Shown here piece by piece: positions 27,906-36,619 of a DNA stretch of 64,000 nt (positions are counted from its first letter, which is position 1; every line of letters begins with the position of its first letter). Origin of the DNA: an uncultured bacterium (lineage in GTDB: Bacteria; Patescibacteriota; JAHJAL01). Location of the stretch: the NCBI GenBank assembly GCA_938004065.1, contig CALKWM010000020.1:1813-65812 (forward strand), read 5' to 3'. Position numbers and translations under genes: made by a program. The notes under the pieces were generated by a model. That model made no database searches, was not told the DNA's origin, and worked only from the letters and a program-made list of their open reading frames with translations.

Positions 27906-28544
27906 ATGTGTGGAAGATTTAGTATAAAATCGGATCGAGAATATATCGAGCATAGATTTAAGGCAGGTTTTTGTGAGAAATTTCGTCCCAACTCGAATGC
28001 ATCTCCGGGTCAAATTTTGCCGGTAATAAAGTCAGATACACCAAGTGAAATTAATTTTTTGAAATGGGGTTTGAGTCCCGCTTGGTACAAAAAGATGAAA
28101 GGAGAGAGTGCGGGGCTTATCAATGTGCGGGATGATAATTTGAAATTGAAAAGAACTTTCGAAAAGGATTTACTGGATAGACGATGTCTGGTCTTGGCCG
28201 ATGGTTTTTATGAATGGAAAAAAGTTGATGATAAAAAAGTTCCCTACAGATTTGCAATGGGTGGGGATGAATTGTTTGCAATGGCCGGTATATGGGGAGA
28301 AAATGTGGATAAACGTGGGGAAAAGATTTTGACGTTTGCGATAGTTACGACCGAAGCCAATAGTGATGTGAAGGAAATCCACAATCGAATGCCGGTGATT
28401 TTGGAGCCGGAGCAAGAACAAATCTGGCTTGCAAAAAGTGAAAAAAATAGCTATTTGAGTTTGTTGGATCCATTGCCACCTGGCATATTGGAGGGGAAGG
28501 TGGTTGGTAAAGTAATAAATATGCGCCCAAGGCGCACCAGATGA
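27906..28544 (+). CDS. SOS response-associated peptidase (SRAP/YedK family)
   Basis: MCGRF N-terminus, RCLVLADGFYEW, IHNRMPVIL. Confidence 0.95.
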   Translation: MCGRFSIKSDREYIEHRFKAGFCEKFRPNSNASPGQILPVIKSDTPSEINFLKWGLSPAWYKKMKGESAGLINVRDDNLKLKRTFEKDLLDRRCLVLADGFYEWKKVDDKKVPYRFAMGGDELFAMAGIWGENVDKRGEKILTFAIVTTEANSDVKEIHNRMPVILEPEQEQIWLAKSEKNSYLSLLDPLPPGILEGKVVGKVINMRPRRTR

Positions 28545-28594
28545 CTGGAAAAGTAAAAAGTAAAACCGGATTATTGGTCCGGTTTTTTTGATTA

Positions 28595-29245
28595 TTAAAT
28601 CTTTAATTTTTTTGATTTGATGAACCATTCATTTAAGATCGATTCATCAAATTTTAGTTCTCCCTTTCCGTTAATTTTTAAAGGGATCTCTGTTGGCATT
28701 GTTCTACGTAGTTTTTCTATTCTTTTTTCATTTAGTCTTTTATATCCAGTTTGTTTGATAACTCTTTCAGCTATATCGGAGTTTAGAGTTTTGTTTTTAT
28801 ATCTGTATTTTAGATTAATTTGGGGTTGGGTACTTACGGAATAGTACCCATTATTGCTTCTTTTGTAATTGAGTCCAGTTTTATTGTCATGTTTATACTC
28901 TTTCGGTGACAAATTAAATGGACACTCATTCTTATTAATAAATTTCCAATCCCCTTGAATATAGGAAATGGAAATTGTTTCTACGAATTTGTTGCAGTAT
29001 GGACATTCATAAGCCGGATCAATGTCGTTATCACATCTTTGGCATTTGGTATAAGAAAGGTGCTTTACAATTTGATCACGGCTTTTTTGACAATTACCAC
29101 AGTATTCTTCGTCATCGTCTAAGCCATTGCCACAATTCCAGCAATAAATTGGATAAGCATTGACTTCACGTAAACTAATGGCTGAATTGTGACAAGAGGG
29201 ACAGATGTCGTTTTCCAGAGTAAATCCGCATTGAACACAATACAT
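28595..29245 (-). CDS. Multiple zinc-ribbon protein
   Basis: Six CxxC pairs in the N-terminal half. Confidence 0.75.
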   Translation of the reverse strand: MYCVQCGFTLENDICPSCHNSAISLREVNAYPIYCWNCGNGLDDDEEYCGNCQKSRDQIVKHLSYTKCQRCDNDIDPAYECPYCNKFVETISISYIQGDWKFINKNECPFNLSPKEYKHDNKTGLNYKRSNNGYYSVSTQPQINLKYRYKNKTLNSDIAERVIKQTGYKRLNEKRIEKLRRTMPTEIPLKINGKGELKFDESILNEWFIKSKKLKI

Positions 29246-29432
29246 TATACTTTATCATCTCGCTTTCTGTTTTTTATTATTTTAAATTTCTTAACAAGTC
29301 AATGATATGAAAAAAATTGGGTAACGGCAATTGTTTATTATGTAATTGAGTAATGTGAAGAAAAAAATGTAAAATATAATTAGAAAGAAATTGGATAGGG
29401 TATAATTTTATATAGATATTTAAAAGTGCAAT

Positions 29433-29954
29433 ATGTGGAAATATTTATGGTTGGTAGTTATGTTCTTTGTTGTTACCGGATGCGAAAAATCTACGGATGT
29501 AGGGAATGTGGATTTGGATGTGGTGCCGGTAGCTGATGAAAATCATATGTTAAATGTGGAATTGGATAATGATGAAGTACAAGCTTTGATAATGGCAATC
29601 GATGATGAATACAAAGCCAGGGCGACGTACAAAGCGATAGTGGAAAAATTTGGGGAGATAAGTCCTTTTGCAAGTATCATCAAAGCTGAGCAAAAACACA
29701 TCGATGAATTGCTAATGTTGTTTGAAAAGTATGAGGTGATGGTTCCAAGTGATAGTTGGGAGATAAGTCCGGATGATTTTGAATCGAAAGAATTGGCCTG
29801 TGTGCTGGGAGTGAATGCCGAGTTAAACAATGTGTTGTTGTATGATATGTTGTTGCCCAAAATAAAACATCAGGATATCGTGGATGTTTTTGAAAAACTG
29901 CAAGACGCTTCAGAAAACAATCATTTATTGGCTTTTGAAAAATGTGGAGAATAG
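29433..29954 (+). CDS. Ferritin-like (DUF2202-like) lipoprotein
   Basis: Lipobox VTGC; DEYKARATY, AEQKH, ASENNHLLAF. Confidence 0.8.
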   Translation: MWKYLWLVVMFFVVTGCEKSTDVGNVDLDVVPVADENHMLNVELDNDEVQALIMAIDDEYKARATYKAIVEKFGEISPFASIIKAEQKHIDELLMLFEKYEVMVPSDSWEISPDDFESKELACVLGVNAELNNVLLYDMLLPKIKHQDIVDVFEKLQDASENNHLLAFEKCGE

Positions 29955-30043
29955 GCAATAAGCAATAAGGAAATATAGTGTTAATGGTGGTTAAAAATAT
30001 TAGAAATTTGAAATTTGATTAATATTTTTTTGAGGGTGAAGTT

Positions 30044-30988
30044 ATGAAAAAAATATGGATGGTGTTTTTGGGATTTGGTTTGGTTTTGTCCGGATGTCTG
30101 CCTCGGGGTGGGGATGATCTGGAAAATATACTGAAAAATTTATTTGCGGAAAAATATGATAAGCCAGTTATGGATATCGAAGTTGATATCAACGCCAGGA
30201 CTGATCATCATGCTCGGGGTTCGGTTAGATTGGGAGAAGGTGCGGGAAACGCGGGTGGATTTTTGGCTTCCGATATGTTGGGTGATTGGGAAATAGTGTG
30301 GGATGGAAATGGAGTTTATAGTTGCAGTCAAGTTGAGCCCTATGATTTCCCCCCGGATTATATCGAAGGTTGTTATGATGATGGAGCAGATAAGAGCACG
30401 GATGGTGTAGATCAAGACCAACAGATGAAATCAATTATCAAGTCATTGTTTTTGGCGGAACCGGGCTTTAGTGATTTGTCTGTGGATGATATCGCCATTA
30501 CATTTAGCAAAATAGCAACGAACCATGTATCCGGTATGGTGGAAGTTTTGGGTGGTGGTCCGGGAAATGCCGGTGGTTTTCTCGCATCAAATATTGCCGG
30601 TGATTGGGAATTGGTATGGCATGGAAATGGTGTGTACGAATGCAGTTTGCTGGAACAGTATAATTTTCCGGAAAATATGAAAGAAGGTTGTTTTGACAAT
30701 GGTTTTGCCAATGAGGTGGTAAATGAAGATGTCGAACAGATTTTAAAACAAAGATTTGCGGAAAAGTATAACAAAAATGTAAATGAAGTAGAATTGCATA
30801 TCAATGATCAGATTCCAAGTTTTGTAAAAGGTGGGATTAAATTTGCCGGAGAGATTTCGGGAGCGATGTTTTTTGCGGCTGAAGTGGGCGGGGAATGGGT
30901 GATAGTGTGGGATGGAAATGGTGTGTATGAATGTAGTTTGTTGCAAAGTTATAATTTTCCGGCAGATTGGATGGAGGGATGTATATAG
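30044..30988 (+). CDS. Lipoprotein with three tandem ~95-aa repeats
   Basis: Lipobox LSGC; 3x W..VW.GNGVY.CS....Y.FP....EGC. Confidence 0.85.
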   Translation: MKKIWMVFLGFGLVLSGCLPRGGDDLENILKNLFAEKYDKPVMDIEVDINARTDHHARGSVRLGEGAGNAGGFLASDMLGDWEIVWDGNGVYSCSQVEPYDFPPDYIEGCYDDGADKSTDGVDQDQQMKSIIKSLFLAEPGFSDLSVDDIAITFSKIATNHVSGMVEVLGGGPGNAGGFLASNIAGDWELVWHGNGVYECSLLEQYNFPENMKEGCFDNGFANEVVNEDVEQILKQRFAEKYNKNVNEVELHINDQIPSFVKGGIKFAGEISGAMFFAAEVGGEWVIVWDGNGVYECSLLQSYNFPADWMEGCI

Positions 30989-31012
30989 GGTAAAAAATAG
31001 TTTTTGGGATGA

Positions 31013-31048
31013 AAAAACAGACAGTTGTTGTTCGGCTGTCTGTTTTTA
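31013..31048 (+). terminator. Intrinsic terminator
   Basis: AAAAACAGACAG...CTGTCTGTTTTT. Confidence 0.7.
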
Positions 31049-31064
31049 GTAAACTTGTTGACGG

Positions 31065-31093
31065 TTGACAAAAATATTTATACGTGTTAAACT
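31065..31093 (+). promoter_or_regulatory. Sigma70-type promoter upstream of the ABC-F gene
   Basis: TTGACA-17 bp-TAAACT. Confidence 0.6.
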
Positions 31094-31264
31094 GTATTTG
31101 TCTGATAATTAATCCATTTAAATTGATCGATTTTGTAAGCTAGAGAGAATTGATAAAAAATAATTCAAACGACCTTTTTTTGGTGTATTGAGTATTTTGA
31201 TAATATCAGTTCTTTTTTTGGATGGGAAAATCAATTTGATTGGATTAATCAGTTGGGAGGATAT

Positions 31265-32800
31265 ATGAGTAAAAATGATCAAAGTATTTTATCAATAAAG
31301 AATTTATATGTCAGAGTCGGTAGTAGAAAATTGGTCAATGATGTTAGTTTTTCTTTGGGTATGGGTGAGTGCGTGGGGGTTGTTGGTGAAGAGGGAAATG
31401 GAAAGAGTACATTGATTGGTTTGATAGTGGGGGAAAAGTTGGATCAAATGTTTAAATATGAGGGGAATATTGCGATCAATGGTAGCATAGGGTATTTGCC
31501 ACAAAAAGTAGACAATCCAAATTTTGCTCATTTTTCCGTGGGAGAGTATTTGGTATGCAATGAAAATAATCAAATGATGGACTGGGAGAAGTATAATCAA
31601 TGGTCAGAAATTGAGAGAAAAGCGAATGAGTGGGGCATAAAATCCGTAATGGACCATGATATCCATTGGCGGGATTTGAGTGGAGGAGAAAAAATAAAAT
31701 TGGCTTTACTAAAAATACTTTATAACAAACCTGATTTGTTGGTTTTGGATGAACCGACTAACAATATGGATAGAGAGGGGGTAAAGTGGTTGACCAAATT
31801 GATTAAAAGTTACGAGGGTGGTGTGGTTTTAGTAAGCCATGATCAAGAGTTGTTGGATGGTGTGGTAAACCGTGTGGTACATTTGGAACAGGTGAAAGGT
31901 AGAAAGCTGGGGGTAACACATGTTTTTTGCGGATCTTTTAAAGACTATTTGATAGAATATAATGATGATTTTATTTCCAAGTTGAATAAATATCGACGGA
32001 ATTTTCGTAAAAAGAAAGTAGCATTAGAAAAAGCCAATGATATTAAAAACCGGGTGCGACAGCAGCAAGAAAATATCAAAGATTGTAATACGCGGAGATT
32101 GCTGAACAAAAAGATGAAAAATATATTGGTGGTGGAGAAAAATATTGTTAAAAAGTACGAAATGACTAAACCGGAACGTGAGCAAATATCTGATTTTTGT
32201 TTAAAAAATAAAGGTCCTAAGAAAAAAAATTGGGAGTTAGAAATTGGGGCCTTGGGATTTCCTGGGAAAAATATCTTGAAGAAGTCTAAAATAAATATTG
32301 GATTTGGTGAAAAGATTTTTATTACCGGCCGAAATGGTTGTGGTAAAACAACATGGTTGGATGCATTGGCGGTGGAATTAGAAAAAAAAGGAATTAAGTA
32401 TGGGTATTTTAGACAGGAATACAGTAATAGTGTAAATTCTCAAACAAAGATAGTAGATCTATTTGATCCAGGATTAAAAGAAAGATTTGGTTGGTTGGGG
32501 ATGAATAATTTATCAGATTGGGAGCTAAATTCGAGATGGGGGGAGTTAAGTGAGGGGCAAAAGGCAAAAATCTGTTTGATAAAGTTGTTTGTCGAAGATA
32601 ATGAAATCTTGCTTTTGGATGAACCGACCAGAAATCTGTCAATTTTTTCCAAGCTAAAATTTGATGAAATATTGAAGCGAGACGGTCGGGCGATGGTGGT
32701 AGTATCGCATGATGGAATTTCGATAAATTCTGTAGCGGACAGATTATACAGGATTGAAAGTTGTGTTTTAACCGAGGATAATAAAAATTGCCCCAAATAA
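31265..32800 (+). CDS. ABC-F family ATPase
   Basis: Two NBDs (GEEGNGKST/LSGGE/LDEPTN; GRNGCGKT/LSEGQ/LDEPTR), basic helical linker, no TM. Confidence 0.9.
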   Translation: MSKNDQSILSIKNLYVRVGSRKLVNDVSFSLGMGECVGVVGEEGNGKSTLIGLIVGEKLDQMFKYEGNIAINGSIGYLPQKVDNPNFAHFSVGEYLVCNENNQMMDWEKYNQWSEIERKANEWGIKSVMDHDIHWRDLSGGEKIKLALLKILYNKPDLLVLDEPTNNMDREGVKWLTKLIKSYEGGVVLVSHDQELLDGVVNRVVHLEQVKGRKLGVTHVFCGSFKDYLIEYNDDFISKLNKYRRNFRKKKVALEKANDIKNRVRQQQENIKDCNTRRLLNKKMKNILVVEKNIVKKYEMTKPEREQISDFCLKNKGPKKKNWELEIGALGFPGKNILKKSKINIGFGEKIFITGRNGCGKTTWLDALAVELEKKGIKYGYFRQEYSNSVNSQTKIVDLFDPGLKERFGWLGMNNLSDWELNSRWGELSEGQKAKICLIKLFVEDNEILLLDEPTRNLSIFSKLKFDEILKRDGRAMVVVSHDGISINSVADRLYRIESCVLTEDNKNCPK

Positions 32801-32829
32801 ATAATCGGGGCAATTTATTTTGGTGTTTT

Positions 32830-33171
32830 TTATATTATTTCTTCGATTAATACTTCTTCTTCGATATCTATTTCAATATCGGTCGAGTTTTTGGTTAGGT
32901 GATACAAACTCTCTACTTTTTTGTATTGCGATGTTCTATTTAGACGACTCAAATCAGCAGAAGTAAATTTTTGGGCTTCGGAATAATATTTTTTGGCTGT
33001 TTCAAAATCTTTTATTCCATCATATGCCATGGCAAGATAAATAAGTGTGTCTTTGTGTTGGGGGTATTTCTCGATAATTTGGGAGAAATTTGAAATTGCC
33101 TGGCGATAGTTTTTTTCATAGAGAAGAAGGTGGACTGATTCGTTGTATAGATTTACAAATTTTGTTTTCAT
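32830..33171 (-). CDS. TPR-containing protein
   Basis: Y..AI..F...I..YP......YLA.AY......A..YY TPR pattern. Confidence 0.7.
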   Translation of the reverse strand: MKTKFVNLYNESVHLLLYEKNYRQAISNFSQIIEKYPQHKDTLIYLAMAYDGIKDFETAKKYYSEAQKFTSADLSRLNRTSQYKKVESLYHLTKNSTDIEIDIEEEVLIEEII

Positions 33172-33350
33172 GTTTTTAAAATTCCTTTCTTGTAAAAAAT
33201 TTCCAAGAGTATTTATATAATAAATCAGTTGGGGAAATATGGAAAGGTTAGTGTTTAAATATTTTTTATGTTTGAAAACGTGAGAATATGAATAATTAGT
33301 TAAAATACTATTTAGGTAAAAATATTTTAATAAAAAGATAATTTAAAATC

Positions 33351-33740
33351 ATGAATAATAGAGTGCGAGGAATAATCATCGATAACGGTAAAATTTTATT
33401 GATGTATAGATATAAAAATGGTATGGAGTATTGGGTGGTACCGGGCGGGGGAATAGAGGAGGGAGAAAATGAGATTGAGGCGTTGAAGAGAGAAATGAAA
33501 GAAGAGACAAATTATGATGTGCAGGTGGGAAAGAGGGTTTTTGATGATAAATATAATGGGGTAGATATTGGTTATTTTCTGATTGATAAATTTGAGGGTG
33601 AATTGGAGTTGGGCGGACCGGAAAAAGAACAGACGAGTCAGGAGAATGTATATTCACCTAGATGGGTGGATGTAAGCGTATTGAATGAATTGACATTATA
33701 TCCGGAAAAGTTAAAGGAGAAAATATTTCAATTGTTGTAA
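33351..33740 (+). CDS. NUDIX hydrolase
   Basis: GGGIEEGENEIEALKREMKEET Nudix box. Confidence 0.93.
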   Translation: MNNRVRGIIIDNGKILLMYRYKNGMEYWVVPGGGIEEGENEIEALKREMKEETNYDVQVGKRVFDDKYNGVDIGYFLIDKFEGELELGGPEKEQTSQENVYSPRWVDVSVLNELTLYPEKLKEKIFQLL

Positions 33741-33760
33741 CTTTTTGATAGATTTTATAG

Positions 33761-35269
33761 TTACTTTGTGGATAAATCTTGGAGTTTGTACGAACACTCT
33801 TTAGCCTGCAGAAGCAGATCAAAGGGTGTTTTTAGTTTGTAGATTATGTTTCCATCTTTCAGTTGCAAGTTCGAAAATACGAATTTAAGTAATTGCCGTT
33901 TTTTGTCTATTTCCGAACTTTTGGCAAAAATTTGAGGGGCTTTGGAACAGACATTAAGCAGGAAGGTAACGGATTTTACGAATTTTTCGTCAGCTTCAGT
34001 ATGATCTTTCATAGACTGGGTAATTTCATATTGTCTATTTTTTAAATCTTTGGCTTTTTTGTCATATTGGTCCTGAGTAATACTCCTATTAATACATAGG
34101 TCCAAAAGAGTGTCGAGCGATAATTGAATTTTGCTGTATTCGGTTTGAAGATGAGTAATGCTATTTTTATGATATTCAATTTTGGCTTTGTGAGTTTGGT
34201 TGATTTGATTGATTAGATCAGCAAGGATGTCGTCTGGAATGACTAACAGATTAAGGATTCTATTAATTTCCTTTAGTAATTGTTTTTCTTCTATTCGAAT
34301 AGCTCCGTGTTTACCTTTTGATTCCGTGCATTTAAGGTAGATATATTTGTTTTTCTTTTTATCTGATGAAATAGCACAACCGCAGTTGGCGCAGGTCATC
34401 ATGCCACGACCTAGTATTGATTCGTATTTAGTGGACCACTTGAAAGGTTGTTTATGGTATCCCAGAATCACATCTTGGCATTTATCAAATAATTCTTTTG
34501 TAATTAAATTGCCGTGATAATGGGGATATAATTTTCCTTTGATTCTCATTTCCCCATAATAAAAGGGATTTGAAAGCATGCGATTGATTTGGCTATGAGC
34601 AAGAGGTTTTCTGGATGGACCTCTATTGGTTAATCCTTTCTTTTTCATTAATGTCGCTAATCCACGGACAGAATAGTTGCCGGTTGAGTATAGTTGAAAT
34701 ATTTCTTTGATTAGATAAGCTCGTTCTGAGTCGATAATGATAGATGTTTTATTTGTAAGAGGGTCTCTAGTATTTAGATAGCCGATGGGTGCTGTAGTTA
34801 TCCATTCGCCTTTTTTTATTTTTCCTTCTTGAGCTCGTTTGGTATTGTCACTGATTGCATCTGAGTAATATTTGGCTAGACCTAAATTTATTGTAAAATG
34901 AAACTTTTCGACGGCGGATATATTTGAGTTAATAACAAGGTTGTCTGAAACAAAATGCATTTCAATTTTGTCCTGCATCGTCATTTCGTAGAGATTAGCT
35001 ATTCTTTTATCGAATACATTTCTGGAAAATCTATCGACTTTATCAAAACAAACAATAATTTTTTCTTTTTGTTTTTTAATATAATCTATCATATTGTCAA
35101 AATCGTCTCTTTTACCTTTGTATGCTCCTTCGTCAAAACTGAATTTTTTCATTATTGAAAATTCTTTTCGTTGGCAATAAGCGATCATTCGATCGGTTTG
35201 GGCTGGTAAGGAATTACCGGCGTCTTTTTGTTCCTCAGTGGACACTCTAGCTAGTATGACGGCTTTCAT
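33761..35269 (-). CDS. Large serine recombinase (integrase)
   Basis: ARVSTEEQ catalytic Ser, DKVDRFSRN, recombinase domain, CANC...C zinc ribbon, coiled coil; start at MKAVIL. Confidence 0.95.
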   Translation of the reverse strand: MKAVILARVSTEEQKDAGNSLPAQTDRMIAYCQRKEFSIMKKFSFDEGAYKGKRDDFDNMIDYIKKQKEKIIVCFDKVDRFSRNVFDKRIANLYEMTMQDKIEMHFVSDNLVINSNISAVEKFHFTINLGLAKYYSDAISDNTKRAQEGKIKKGEWITTAPIGYLNTRDPLTNKTSIIIDSERAYLIKEIFQLYSTGNYSVRGLATLMKKKGLTNRGPSRKPLAHSQINRMLSNPFYYGEMRIKGKLYPHYHGNLITKELFDKCQDVILGYHKQPFKWSTKYESILGRGMMTCANCGCAISSDKKKNKYIYLKCTESKGKHGAIRIEEKQLLKEINRILNLLVIPDDILADLINQINQTHKAKIEYHKNSITHLQTEYSKIQLSLDTLLDLCINRSITQDQYDKKAKDLKNRQYEITQSMKDHTEADEKFVKSVTFLLNVCSKAPQIFAKSSEIDKKRQLLKFVFSNLQLKDGNIIYKLKTPFDLLLQAKECSYKLQDLSTK

Positions 35270-35369
35270 TTTGTAAAAAGTGATTATTGGTATAAAATTG
35301 AAGTAGTGTTTATAATCTAATGTTATCAAATGTTATCATTTTTATCAAAATTGTAAAGCGTTTATATAT

Positions 35370-35849
35370 ATGCTTTTGCAGGTCAAAAAAGCTTTAGAAC
35401 AGTTTGCGAGAGATTACTATTCTAATAATTGGTTTTTTAAGGAGCGTGAAGCTGTTAGTGCTTTTGCTTTGGGTTATTTACCTAGGCAATGCGCTGATGG
35501 TCAAAAACTATATCATCCGGCGCAAATAGGTGTTGAGTTTGCTGTTCCGCAACAGAAGTTGGATCCGACAAAACATTACAAAGCACAGGTTTGTAAAGAT
35601 GTTGTGATTTGGGGTAGTCCTTTTACTAGCTGTTGGGATGAGGATTGGGAGCCCGTTTATTTTCCGGATATGATTTTAGAATGGAAAGCTCATGTTTCTG
35701 GCATTGATCAAAAGGATAAAGATTGGCTGATGGAATATTCCAAGAAAGTACCTGATTTTGTAGGTATGTGTGTGACTCTGAATAATGATTCATTGTTTGG
35801 GATTGATATTTCAGATGGACGAGTGATTGGTGAGTGGAGGTATAGATAA
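35370..35849 (+). CDS. Hypothetical protein, PD-(D/E)XK-like; paralog of the next gene
   Basis: EREA, HPAQIGVE, KDVVIW, MILEWK. Confidence 0.65.
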   Translation: MLLQVKKALEQFARDYYSNNWFFKEREAVSAFALGYLPRQCADGQKLYHPAQIGVEFAVPQQKLDPTKHYKAQVCKDVVIWGSPFTSCWDEDWEPVYFPDMILEWKAHVSGIDQKDKDWLMEYSKKVPDFVGMCVTLNNDSLFGIDISDGRVIGEWRYR

Positions 35850-36334
35850 TGCGTAAAATGTCAGAACAAATATTTTCAGCTCTGGATAATTTTGCTCAAG
35901 ATTTTTTCAAGAACAAATGGATAATTCGCGAGCGGGAAGCTATCAGCTTTTTTGTATTTGGGTATTTATTGCCGGAAATAAAAGCTGAGGATGAGTTGCA
36001 TCATCCGGCACAGATAGGGATAGAGGTGCAAGTGCCGAAGTTGTTGGTCCATTACAATACCAAGAACAAGGATTTAATTTTTTGGCAGAAGCCTTTTGAA
36101 GTTGCTTATGATAGAAATAACCAAACTGCAAATTTTCCTTTGGTAGTAATGGAGTGGAAGGACCGGTTGTTTTCTTTGGATTCAAAGGATAAGCATTGGT
36201 TGATGGATTATTCGCGGGTGGTCCCGAGTGAATTTTTGGGGATTTGTTTGACAATCAATGAAGATAAAATATTTGGAGAGAATATTGCTAAAGGAGAAGT
36301 AATTAGAAGTTGGGAGATTTGTAAGAAGAATTAA
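35849..36334 (+). CDS. Hypothetical protein, PD-(D/E)XK-like; paralog of the previous gene
   Basis: EREA, HPAQIGIE, KDLIFW, VVMEWK. Confidence 0.65.
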   Translation: MRKMSEQIFSALDNFAQDFFKNKWIIREREAISFFVFGYLLPEIKAEDELHHPAQIGIEVQVPKLLVHYNTKNKDLIFWQKPFEVAYDRNNQTANFPLVVMEWKDRLFSLDSKDKHWLMDYSRVVPSEFLGICLTINEDKIFGENIAKGEVIRSWEICKKN

Positions 36335-36355
36335 TATAGGTAATAAGATATATTT

Positions 36356-36565
36356 ATGGATAAAAAAATAGACAATGATGCTATTCCGGAGATGTCAAAG
36401 TTGCTTACCTTGAAGCAGGCTTGCGAGATATTGCAATGCCATCCCAATACTTTGAGGCAGTGGGATAAAAAAGGCATATTGAAAGCGATTAGAATTGGTA
36501 TTAAAAAAGCGAGAAGGTATAGGAGAGAGGATATTGAGAATTTTATTAACAAGAAAAATGATTAG
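36356..36565 (+). CDS. Excisionase-like MerR/HTH_17 DNA-binding protein
   Basis: LLTLKQACEILQCHPNTLRQWDKKG...RRYRREDI. Confidence 0.85.
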   Translation: MDKKIDNDAIPEMSKLLTLKQACEILQCHPNTLRQWDKKGILKAIRIGIKKARRYRREDIENFINKKND

Positions 36566-36619
36566 TTGTTGGTTATTGTAAGTCTGGTTTGATATAAATA
36601 TGTATTAGCAAAAGATGTA

